Shown: positions 31,001-38,493 of the stretch, piece after piece | Position numbering within the stretch: the stretch's first letter is position 1 | Layout of the letters: every line of letters starts with the position of its first letter | Source of the DNA: a virus | Virus record (IMG/VR): IMGVR_UViG_3300036760_000689 | Span: 32,001 to 96,000 of that record | DNA: 64,000 nt | Direction: 5' to 3' (one strand) | Notes under the pieces: generated by a model | Seen by the model: the letters and a program-made list of their open reading frames with translations, nothing else | Databases searched by the model: none | What the model was told of the DNA's origin: nothing | Translations under genes and position numbers: made by a program

Positions 31001-31162
31001 TCGATCGAATCCCTTCCTGACTGAGATTGAATTTTCTCGGTCTGTAATGACATTGATCAGGGCCTTATAGCCAGTGATTGGCAGTTCATCTGGGACAGTC
31101 CTCAATACTATTCCGGTATTAGCGAACGTGATGGCCACACTACGAATGTCTTGTGTGCTCAT
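25046..31162 (-). CDS. Tail nozzle (P22 gp10/T7 gp12-like) with tandemly amplified C-terminal domains
   Basis: 2038 aa; beta-propeller-like N-half (RKGFDRL, NRLRFS, ILVWDTIYERW) followed by ~12 related ~98-aa units; located after the adaptor genes. Confidence 0.7.
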   Translation of the reverse strand: MSTQDIRSVAITFANTGIVLRTVPDELPITGYKALINVITDRENSISVRKGFDRLNDGLPSAPYSIFYLKDMNGYQWRYCIAGGKLYVAPVEDPESDLIWPLNQHTHFQAVIGGSNLSAEPDPRALFASYTLIGREIKPYSFMTDGTAFIKHSGGATSATRIGIPRPTHEMTVSANTGEVTQNIEDFETAGSWTLDNATVAASTPPTEIISTNALKVITTGDGATGSIKKAITVGGYPVVANLGITADKTIELWVKFTDEEASLNLSQFVISFGLSHIAGDITFQTRYERAFVPSSFQAATIGGSGGRTITYTGSTPESVLDIIFGKVLYDRDQGAELLTYLRNNGFLDAYPSDLPTLDPIYIRGLLANKYGLVWDPENPTFGDPRDNTGEPTVLPPSAGVWIRQRINQEEFKRVGRDALTAPDLNWTTVTAIRIDCSMIAVAKGGKTLNLEFDNCVLLTTGQLFGWDYQWAYTFYNSKTNTESDYSPAVAVPAPGAQYDSYTLTIPTLPSTTPPKANPDFVRLYRMGGTVTQFQLVDIEIPYVAGTSPVVTDDQADALLGQPLEVDNQLPMNAVSGIELYDDRLWTWGGYYTSDDGLLIPEPPNRLRFSKAVRVEHFPAGNYIYVGTGSEQIQRVMENDAELFVFTLTRVYRVIGSGGAYRAVTTPVNQGLKSKFGIIRGLRSLYMHAYDGVYEFPSGRKISEPINQVFFGQRLNDIDPISIGRETECCMGFWDSKVYFSYPANQNIEIKNNRILVWDTIYERWHYYLYGAYCYFTEPENNILIGGTIVSSDDAIEPSEDPTDYRYSGAWPMQLEMGYADHCQEGYLGIYWAVDTKDYDLGAPDQEKRFIDFVLDVDTQGVPVLFEAAFDDAMYDPIGVVQTAGRERVILPVLRGEGESKLAVRCQIRIIATTSASSIAATRLYKIAHRILLEPQAHRTFVTDWSDYGNPGSKFLRELWLELDTFGKTLASLEVQVDGQIAQTFTDIVANGRHQIFRAMDPDLRGRLIRLKFIPSGDALVKIWSHDFKVIPEPPEIENIQTSWSDEGAPNQRKRYRKMIVEADNVGPSGLTVDAQVDNASVSITSTGINVSEHGRTEYVFSFEPDTVGILWRALITVNDPGSTFRFYRAWVEALPEPLQEWRYESPWANNGTDQEKRLRDLVIEADTVGDDVVVTPWVDGAALPDAYTVNTKVRSRVCFSLPVDTIGKITRITAIGDHRFTIYGHDIIHFDDSIQDTIIETPWNDQGAPNQKKRFRNLIVEVNNLGPGGITVNAQIDNASMTTTPTRITALGRSEYTFSFEPDSVGILWRVILTSDSGSVMRFWRAWVEAIPEPFEQRRFESPWTNNGTDNEKRLRDLVIEADTRSHNVTITVWVDGSALPDTFLLNTPDRQKVVFSLPVDLIGKITRITATSGYWFTIYVHEFAHFADAIENTIIEMPWSDEGAPNQKKRFRKLMVEVNNLGPGAVTVEAQIDNATVLTTPDTITALGRSEYVFSFDPDTVGILWRVILRSEPGSQMRFWRAWVEAIPEPFHEWRYESPWANNGTDQEKRLRDLIIEADTTGDDVIVTAWVDGAALPDTFILNTPYRERVVYSLPVDLIGKITRITAVANQRFTIYGSDFAHFDDSIENTVIETPWSNEGAPNQRKRFRKLLVEVNNLGPGGIIIDTQVDNRSVTTIPTYISDLGRDQYSFSFEPDTVGILWRVILRSETGSQMRFWKAWVEAIPEPFQEYRHESPWTDQGISNQKRLRDVILEGDTGGHNVTITVWVDGYSLPDTFTLATSARSRVVFSLPIDTIGKIMRITATSGFPFTIYEHEFKYFEDSIEETIIEMPWVIEEWPYKKLWKEVVVQADTGGQPATLTFWLDGVVTAQTFTFSHAGRLLSTFSLAKDTIGKLARVTFSAKIMRNYSVNYVIDKLPPDVTLADTWTQIFNYDRYKILRRLWLSMTNPNADVNFEIWIDNILRHSGNILANPSPDPSFSKRKIDLTSAKKGKLFRLIFSSTSAFGIFWDKSEIELKDLNMEDGYRREKMAPPQTY
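25690..28060 (-). repeat. Four in-frame tandem copies of a 591-nt (197-aa) unit in the nozzle gene (boundaries approximate)
   Basis: The GATTCA anchor of the ESPW motif lies at 25953, 26544, 27135 and 27726, exactly 591 nt apart. Confidence 0.92.
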
Positions 31163-31740
31163 ATGTTAGTCTCTTTGGGCCGCCGCCATCGTTCGGCGAT
31201 CATCTGGCGACAGTGTTCAATGTTTTCCGGCCTTTTGGATCGTATTGACTGTTCTCGCTTCCAGTCCTCGGTGTGTTTTGGATGTGATTTCCCAAGATTG
31301 GACATCCGTATCTCTTCGATTACTTTCGATGAATGCTTATATCCTTTCCTCATTCTCGCTGCTTTCGATGCGATGCTACTTCTCAGATCTGGAGACATAC
31401 GACATTTTGCCGCTCGTAATTTGGCGCGATGATCATCGCTGAATCGATGTCCAGTCGTCCCCTCGCCTCCGTTGGTTGCGTTTACGAGATTGACCCCAGA
31501 TTGTCTGAAGCCCAGGATCCATGCCTGTTCGGAATCGATGCGGCACCTATCGGCAATGACATCAAGAATTTCAATGAGCGGTTTCAGACCCCGCCGATAC
31601 ACCGATTGGATCCAGTTACACCGATGATTGTCTCTCTTGTCATTCCGATGTTCCCTCAGACGTTTGGCAACCGATCCGGTCACACCGACATAGCGCGCCT
31701 CTCTTGTAATAGGATCACGAAGAAGATAGACCGTTTGCAT
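31159..31740 (-). CDS. GIY-YIG homing endonuclease with NUMOD3 repeats
   Basis: VYLL...RYVGVT...RLREH, E..WI, LVNATNGGEG, followed by GHRFSDDHRAKL and GYKHSSKVIEEI. Confidence 0.88.
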   Translation of the reverse strand: MQTVYLLRDPITREARYVGVTGSVAKRLREHRNDKRDNHRCNWIQSVYRRGLKPLIEILDVIADRCRIDSEQAWILGFRQSGVNLVNATNGGEGTTGHRFSDDHRAKLRAAKCRMSPDLRSSIASKAARMRKGYKHSSKVIEEIRMSNLGKSHPKHTEDWKREQSIRSKRPENIEHCRQMIAERWRRPKETNI

Positions 31741-31741
31741 T

Positions 31742-32518
31742 TTATCTTCCAGGCACCACGTTAGTTTCTGTCCCCATTGTCAGTCGTTTGGCCAAGGAAA
31801 CTCCCATCAAATATCTCTGGTGGGCATAATTACTCCGCGCGACATCTTGGTTGTCCCCATCCTTGCCCAAAGCCAGAGAAAGCACCTCCCATCGAATAAA
31901 TGGTTCCCAGACAACATCCACCGATGTCGTCGTCTCATGTGATTCCGAAACAAAGAATGGCAATGGCGCAACCCTGTCGGTATCGCCATAACGCATAGGA
32001 TCAATCGGAAATATGCGCGCGGGATTCGGCAAAGGAAGCGACCGACCTGCGGTTACCACAGTAATCACGGTCGTTGAGGTATGGGGCGGCGGCAAGAGAT
32101 CACCGATGATCCGATAACTTCCACCCTGGAGAGGAACCCGATCAAATTCAAACTGCAAAACTGATGTAAGATGGTCCTCGTGATAGTAACGCGCCTTGCC
32201 GTTTGGATTTGCACGCCATTTCGGATCCTCGCGTTGCAAATCCCATGAAGTTACGCGACGCAGACGTTTTTTATTAAAGGAGATGCGATCAATATCCATC
32301 ATGTTCGAGGGTTTGGTGAAGATAAGTTGAACACCTGATATCACTGCGACCGTTGCATCCACTTTGACGATTCCAGTCTGGCGATAGAAATCTCTTTCCG
32401 CATGTTCGATATATCCTATCATCTCATCGACGGTCCACAGGCCAGAGGGAAATGTATTATCTTCCTCATGAAGATCCCGTGCGATTGCCGTCAGGAAGTT
32501 ATCAATCGAATTCGTCAT
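31742..32518 (-). CDS. Head-tail adaptor-like protein
   Basis: WTVDEMIGYIEHAERD N-terminal helix pattern; directly upstream of the nozzle. Confidence 0.65.
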   Translation of the reverse strand: MTNSIDNFLTAIARDLHEEDNTFPSGLWTVDEMIGYIEHAERDFYRQTGIVKVDATVAVISGVQLIFTKPSNMMDIDRISFNKKRLRRVTSWDLQREDPKWRANPNGKARYYHEDHLTSVLQFEFDRVPLQGGSYRIIGDLLPPPHTSTTVITVVTAGRSLPLPNPARIFPIDPMRYGDTDRVAPLPFFVSESHETTTSVDVVWEPFIRWEVLSLALGKDGDNQDVARSNYAHQRYLMGVSLAKRLTMGTETNVVPGR

Positions 32519-33210
32519 TACATTCCCTTCGCAACTTTGGGTTGTGGCGCGCCTTCCCTCAAAGAGGTCTCAGACAACTTGCCCTCTCTAATATCCCAAG
32601 AGGGCAGACTTCTGATTACGTTCCTGCCAGACAACTCTTGTACGGCATCGATGAAACGAGAATAATAAACAAGCGCCTGCTGAAATTCAGCGCCGCCCTC
32701 TTTAAACATCCCCCTGCAAACAATGAAATCTTCAATTGCCCTCTCATATTCCGGACGAATGGGCAGATTCAGATCCACATCCTCAATCGGGTCATGGAAT
32801 GCTAAGATCTCCACATAGATGATTGTGCCGATCAACGGACGTGGATAAATCAGGATCTTCGTCAAACCTATCGGTGCCCAGGAATTGATGCGGAGACGCA
32901 CTGCCTTGTCAGATTCCCAGTCAGCCTCGTTGTCAATGTCATTTACCTGCTGGCGTAGGAGATATCCATCTACTGTTCTGACGGACAATGCAGCGATCGT
33001 TCCGGGGGGAAGATCGTAGACGTTATGGGCGCTGTCGGCGGTGATTGTGATGGTGCCTTGGTTGTCGGCGGCGATCAGATTCAGTTCGAAGAGGGCATCA
33101 TTCAGAAAGACGAGCAACTCTGGACGGGTCCATCGGATTGGGGCCGCTGTGTTGTTCATTTCGTTCAGGCGTCTGATTGCCTGATCTATAAGTTCGCGTG
33201 CAGTTGCCAT
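32518..33210 (-). CDS. Head-tail adaptor-like protein
   Basis: RWTRPELLVFLNDA, YDLP, ILIYPRP, YERAIEDFIV. Confidence 0.7.
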   Translation of the reverse strand: MATARELIDQAIRRLNEMNNTAAPIRWTRPELLVFLNDALFELNLIAADNQGTITITADSAHNVYDLPPGTIAALSVRTVDGYLLRQQVNDIDNEADWESDKAVRLRINSWAPIGLTKILIYPRPLIGTIIYVEILAFHDPIEDVDLNLPIRPEYERAIEDFIVCRGMFKEGGAEFQQALVYYSRFIDAVQELSGRNVIRSLPSWDIREGKLSETSLREGAPQPKVAKGM

Positions 33211-33242
33211 CTTCGCCCCTCAACCAGATTGCCATAGCTTTC

Positions 33243-33596
33243 TCATGTTGACTGGGTCACATCTGGCAGAACCACCAAGTTCCCTGAGGCCACCGTGTAA
33301 ATCATGTCATCCGCGTCCTTCAGTTGCACGTCCCAAAGCAACAGAGTTTTGACCGCTGGCAGACCATGAGTGTCGGATGGAATCAAAGCCAGAGCTGCCC
33401 TTCCGCCGAGGGCGTTGGTCACAGTGATACCATCGCCGATCGTTTTCTGAAACACGGCTGCCAAGTCTGAATCCTTGTAGGCATATTTCCCCGTGAACCA
33501 GATTTCACACCCAGTCAAGGGGAAGGCTACCGCCGATTTGGTAACCAGCATGTTGAATACCACTGTGTCACCACGATACATCTGCAAGTCCGCCAC
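33243..33596 (-). CDS. BppU-like baseplate/tail protein
   Basis: MYRGDTVVF...WDVQL...TVASGNLVVLPDVT pattern. Confidence 0.6.
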   Translation of the reverse strand: MADLQMYRGDTVVFNMLVTKSAVAFPLTGCEIWFTGKYAYKDSDLAAVFQKTIGDGITVTNALGGRAALALIPSDTHGLPAVKTLLLWDVQLKDADDMIYTVASGNLVVLPDVTQST

Positions 33597-33609
33597 AACC
33601 TACCCCCTT

Positions 33610-33912
33610 CTATATCGCCTCACAAGTTATCCTCGCAATCGGTCCCGGATCCAATGTGAGAAGAGCCACTGGAGGACAGATGTTGCCGCCACTCCCCCCA
33701 ACTATGATCACGCAAGGTTCATCTGGATTCGTCGCATTGATCATGCTCTGTAATATCTGTTTGATCGTGAAAAGAGATTCGATAACAACGCTCTGAACGG
33801 CTCCAATCTGAAACGGCAACGGGGCAATCCTATCGGTATCCCCATACTCCAACGGTTCCATCGGGAATATGCGATCTGGATTAGGGATTGGAAGAGTTCG
33901 CCCTCGTGCCAT
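33610..33912 (-). CDS. Hypothetical virion protein
   Basis: Coupled ORF; its N-terminal 31 aa are shared with 31742..32518. Confidence 0.55.
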   Translation of the reverse strand: MARGRTLPIPNPDRIFPMEPLEYGDTDRIAPLPFQIGAVQSVVIESLFTIKQILQSMINATNPDEPCVIIVGGSGGNICPPVALLTLDPGPIARITCEAI

Positions 33913-36161
33913 CAGTACCTCGTGCAGATCCCTTTAATGACCTCAAACTGGGTCAAAGTCGCGTATGATCCCACCCCTGAGGCAGACTGATAATATATTG
34001 GAAATGGTCTGATTCCAAACATATGAACTCCAGCACATCTCCTGACAATTGCCGTTTGGGTGATAGTATTCCAACCGCCGCCGCCGAGTTGATATTCCGC
34101 CACACTGAAGATAGCTTGCTTATCGGTAGGATCCTTTTTGATCCACAATCTCAATTCCACATCGCACGGCATCGTAGGTATGCTTGCATTAGGGATGGTT
34201 ACCTTGGCACTGGTGCTGATAGCGGATGGAGTTGCACTTGAATCAAGCGGCGTGTTAATACCCAGTCCAATTTCAAAATCGACAAGATGACTTCCTCCAT
34301 TTTCTTTATGGCGAAGAACCAATCCAGGCAGCATAGTGTCATAGCCATAATACATCATTCCGTGCGCAGGAAGTTGGAACAATATTCCAACACCGCCAGC
34401 ATTGGGACATCCACCGCTACCGTTGGTAAAGAGGACTGACCATTTTGCGCGGAGCTGAATCTCTCCCTCCGCTCTCGACGGAAATATTCTGAATCGTGCG
34501 GCTGGTCCGACGTAACCGTATTGGTTGCCCGATGCGCTTCCAGCCGATCCTTTTACAGTCGCATCCGCGAGCATAGTCAAGGTTACGTCTCCACCTTGAA
34601 TCGTAGGAATCCACCAATTTGGATCGTTGAATTGAGTCCAGGTATGATCTCCCTCGACATAATCCGATGTGATGCCCATAAAACTGGTACTGTGAATCAA
34701 CCCGCCATCCGACCTCGAGTACCAGTTTTCAAACCAGACGCGGACTTCCACGTTGGTAACGGTGTCTGGAACTTGTACAGGCCCCGTTTGAAAAGATCGG
34801 GCCGAGTAGTTCCCATAGATCCAATTGCTGCCGGGCGAATTTTCATTCCATATCCCATGGTTCGCCTCCGCGCCAAGGTAACCTTCGGTATTCCACAACC
34901 AAGGGGGTTTTACAATCTTGATGCGAACCTGGTCAAAGATATCACCCGTTTTATGGGCTGTTGCCTGAAAACGATCCGATCCATCCGTGCCAATGGTGGT
35001 GCTCAGAGTGTCAAGTGTCGCCCAAGTACAATGATCGGCATCAAACGTACCGTTGCCTCTTACGTCAACGAGAATAAGATCGCCGATGCTGGCCGTTCCC
35101 CAACCAGCTCCCCCGTTGCTAAATTCTCCAGTCGCTGGATCGTAATTGTGATTTACACCTGACCCGTCATAATAAGTAACGGCAACCCCAGCATTTGCAT
35201 CCAAAGCCCTCCAAGATCCCGTATCAGCATCCTTAAATTGCGCCCAGAAAAAGAGGATGCAGTTCCCATTGGTTCTTGGCCTTGATGCTGATGCTACGTA
35301 GGTATTCGGCACGGATCCGGGGCATAAGGTTACTTCCCAATCGGCTGGGGGACCCGCGTCGGAAGCGGTCATTGTATCGGCATATTGATAAACCAAGGCA
35401 GGAGTGGGATTTCCGTCCGTCCAATTCGACCATCCATAAGTGTCTTTCAATCGCCAAGCGAAATACCACCTGCCTTGAGCAAAAGATCTGAAGAGATAGG
35501 AACATCCCCTATAAGTCGCACGAAGGCCCGTAATGATGAGTTGAGTGACGCCATCGTGAACAAACGATCCACCTTCGGCTGGAGTTCTCATGTCCACATA
35601 GGCGGGCAATACCGTGCTCGGGTCCACATACATCGCCCTGAACTCGCCTTCAATAACGGTGGAATTATTATAGGCAGCGATACACGATGAATGCCCCATA
35701 AGGCCATCGAACTGCAACGCCGCTGCCAGTCCATCGGGTTTGTTGGCGGCAACGATCGCATAAATGGTCACCGCATAGGTGATTGCGATGGCATAGGTAT
35801 GAGCGCCACTGTCGTTATTCTTGATCCTCAGATGCATATGAAGCGAGACATCCAGATCCTCATAATGACAGACGAAGGATTCGTTCCTGCCGAAATAGTT
35901 GGCACCGCGCTCTTCTACAGGATCATAGAAAGGAACAGTATGACTCTGCGTCCAGGGAGCCGTTGCATAGATCAGATCTGCATCAGCACGGGCCGATGTT
36001 TTATGGATGAAAAATTCCGCTGTTCCGCCAGCACTATTTGGGGTGATCTTGATTCGGAAGATGTCGATGCCATTATCAGGCATGATGCGGTCGATATCCA
36101 ACGTTGCGCCGGCACCTACTGAAGCTGTAGTGAAACTATCCTGAGTAAATCTTGATGTCAT
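33912..36161 (-). CDS. Large tail protein, paralog 3 of 3
   Basis: MTSRFTQDSFT; GRWYFAWRL...WTDGNPTP; SRPRTNG. Confidence 0.7.
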   Translation of the reverse strand: MTSRFTQDSFTTASVGAGATLDIDRIMPDNGIDIFRIKITPNSAGGTAEFFIHKTSARADADLIYATAPWTQSHTVPFYDPVEERGANYFGRNESFVCHYEDLDVSLHMHLRIKNNDSGAHTYAIAITYAVTIYAIVAANKPDGLAAALQFDGLMGHSSCIAAYNNSTVIEGEFRAMYVDPSTVLPAYVDMRTPAEGGSFVHDGVTQLIITGLRATYRGCSYLFRSFAQGRWYFAWRLKDTYGWSNWTDGNPTPALVYQYADTMTASDAGPPADWEVTLCPGSVPNTYVASASRPRTNGNCILFFWAQFKDADTGSWRALDANAGVAVTYYDGSGVNHNYDPATGEFSNGGAGWGTASIGDLILVDVRGNGTFDADHCTWATLDTLSTTIGTDGSDRFQATAHKTGDIFDQVRIKIVKPPWLWNTEGYLGAEANHGIWNENSPGSNWIYGNYSARSFQTGPVQVPDTVTNVEVRVWFENWYSRSDGGLIHSTSFMGITSDYVEGDHTWTQFNDPNWWIPTIQGGDVTLTMLADATVKGSAGSASGNQYGYVGPAARFRIFPSRAEGEIQLRAKWSVLFTNGSGGCPNAGGVGILFQLPAHGMMYYGYDTMLPGLVLRHKENGGSHLVDFEIGLGINTPLDSSATPSAISTSAKVTIPNASIPTMPCDVELRLWIKKDPTDKQAIFSVAEYQLGGGGWNTITQTAIVRRCAGVHMFGIRPFPIYYQSASGVGSYATLTQFEVIKGICTRY

Positions 36162-36165
36162 GGCG

Positions 36166-38487
36166 CTAATAGACCTCAGCTAAACCATTGATAATTTCCA
36201 CTTTGGTAAGCCACGCCAATGTATATTGTTGAACGCAAGTTGCGACGATCCCCACGAACAGTTCCAGACCGCCTACCTGTGCCGAAAAACCATCCCGTGC
36301 CCAGACTGGAAATACAGGCATGGTTTTGCCCGGCGTTCCAAATACCACTCCTTGAACATCCACTTCAGACATGGCGAATGAAGGCATCGAACTCACAGCA
36401 TTGTGGAAATACCACGAAGCCTTGACAGTGATGTTCTCTCCAAAATCTGGAGCAATTACGTTGTTGTAACCTATTGCGTTTGGATACTGGATGATCGCAA
36501 ATCCAGCCTCGTTTGCGCGATGTTGAAGCCAGACGCCGTTGACACACATCCATGGTGGAACGTGGCTATCGCCACCAATGGCCGTGAGGGCAGCTCCCAT
36601 GACTGGATAATTCCATCCAGCACTCGGACCAGAAAAGAAGAGACCGATCGCCAATCGATCACCAGTTGAAAGCGGATATATCGTCACATTCTCAAACGTA
36701 ACTCTGACGGTTAAAAGACCAGTCGCATCAGGGTAGAGTCTGAATCTGGCCTTCACACCCATGGCAGAGTTGTATCCCTGTTGATAGGTTCCCACCGCCT
36801 CCATCACGCACATACGGCTTGTAAGACCGCCGTGCAACGGGAAGGTTATTTGCCCCCAGTCGGATTGTGGATGGACAGGAATCCAATATTTGGTATCCCC
36901 CATGTTTGTGAAGGTTCTCGGTGCCTGGATTATCCCGACGCCTCCAGTTTTACCTGTACTATGAGTCGCATTATTGTCGGACCGCGAATAGGTATTTTCG
37001 AAGAAAACCCTAGCCTCAGGGTTTGTGATCGAAACAGGAACGGCGATCGGATCGGAGAGGAATTCCAAAGTCGATTTGTCATAGATCTGGGGACTGTTAA
37101 AAACTCCGCCACCCGGATACCAGACGTTATGCCGGTTGTTTTCGCCTACGTTCCACCATCCACGATTGGCATAAGCCGATCCTCCCAGATATCCATTCGT
37201 TGTCCAAGTCCATGGGGGCCTGACGATCTTGATCCTCAAATCAGTGAATTGTTGTGGGCGGACGGAACTGGACGGCAAAACAAACGGTTGACCGTTTACC
37301 GTAAATACATTGCCCATCCAAAAGGGTTGCAAGGTCAGGGTCGTTCCGGACACCGCCTTGACAAGCGCCCACTGGCAATGTGCGATGGCAAAATCTCCGC
37401 CACGCACATCGATCAATACCAGATCATCTGTTTGCGCGACGCCATAAGTTCCTGAAACTTTACCAACGGTTACGCCATCGGCCGAGATCGTGTGGGCAAT
37501 TGCAGATCCATCATAGGTAACGGTTCCAGGTGCCGATGCAGTATCCACGGCGACCCAAGATCCTGTACTGGCATCCTTGATCTGCACAGACCAATAGAGA
37601 ATGGTTCCGCCGTTGGTTCTTGGCCGGGTAGCGCGCACCATTACGGTGCCGATCGAAGGACCATCCTCCAATGTTACTTCCCAATCGGCTGGCGGACCTA
37701 TATCTGCTGTTGCGCTGGATTCTGTATCGACATATTGAAGGACATGATTCGGAACAAGGTTGCCATCGGTCCATCGCGACCAACCAACTGGATTATGCAA
37801 ACGCCATGCAAAATACCATCGGCCTGGTCCAGCAGAAAGAAAGGTATAGTTGGCCCCACCTGAATCGGCCGTGATGTTCTCGATTTGAAGGTTGGTCACG
37901 CCGTCTGGGATAAAAGTGCCACCTTCGGAAACCAAGGAGAGATCGGCATATGCCGTGGCACCAGAAGCATAATATTTTGCTCTGAACTCACCAAGATCGA
38001 TTGTCGCATTGTATCTGGAGGCCGTGACAATATTGAGAAGTCTCAAGCCATTCGCAACTGCTCGGCCAACCAAACCCTCAGGAGATCCAGGGACGGCAGC
38101 CACATCGGTTGGCATGACCTCATATTTGATCGTAACGGTGTAGGTCTTGGCAGCACTGTGATTGTTCTTGAAGGTAAAGTGCAAACATTTGGTATTATCC
38201 TCATCGTAATAGGGAATGATCCATCCTTCATTGATCTCGGCCCCAGTAGAATCTACAGGATCGATCGATGATGCTCCCGTGAATGCCTTGGTTGACCAGA
38301 TGATGTCGGATGAACCGCGAGCGGCCTTTTTATAGATTATGACCTGATCTGTTCCAGCATGAATCGAAGGGATGATTTTAATCAGTCCGATGTCGATCGT
38401 ATCAAGAAGGATCGTCAAATCGTAATTCAGGGAGCCTCCCGGTGAGACAGATGAAGTGGTGAAAACTACTGTTGTGAATCGGGCCAT
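36166..38487 (-). CDS. Large tail protein, paralog 2 of 3
   Basis: MARFTTVVFT; GRWYFAWRL...WTDGNLVP; TRPRTNG. Confidence 0.7.
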   Translation of the reverse strand: MARFTTVVFTTSSVSPGGSLNYDLTILLDTIDIGLIKIIPSIHAGTDQVIIYKKAARGSSDIIWSTKAFTGASSIDPVDSTGAEINEGWIIPYYDEDNTKCLHFTFKNNHSAAKTYTVTIKYEVMPTDVAAVPGSPEGLVGRAVANGLRLLNIVTASRYNATIDLGEFRAKYYASGATAYADLSLVSEGGTFIPDGVTNLQIENITADSGGANYTFLSAGPGRWYFAWRLHNPVGWSRWTDGNLVPNHVLQYVDTESSATADIGPPADWEVTLEDGPSIGTVMVRATRPRTNGGTILYWSVQIKDASTGSWVAVDTASAPGTVTYDGSAIAHTISADGVTVGKVSGTYGVAQTDDLVLIDVRGGDFAIAHCQWALVKAVSGTTLTLQPFWMGNVFTVNGQPFVLPSSSVRPQQFTDLRIKIVRPPWTWTTNGYLGGSAYANRGWWNVGENNRHNVWYPGGGVFNSPQIYDKSTLEFLSDPIAVPVSITNPEARVFFENTYSRSDNNATHSTGKTGGVGIIQAPRTFTNMGDTKYWIPVHPQSDWGQITFPLHGGLTSRMCVMEAVGTYQQGYNSAMGVKARFRLYPDATGLLTVRVTFENVTIYPLSTGDRLAIGLFFSGPSAGWNYPVMGAALTAIGGDSHVPPWMCVNGVWLQHRANEAGFAIIQYPNAIGYNNVIAPDFGENITVKASWYFHNAVSSMPSFAMSEVDVQGVVFGTPGKTMPVFPVWARDGFSAQVGGLELFVGIVATCVQQYTLAWLTKVEIINGLAEVY

Positions 38488-38493
38488 AATCCC

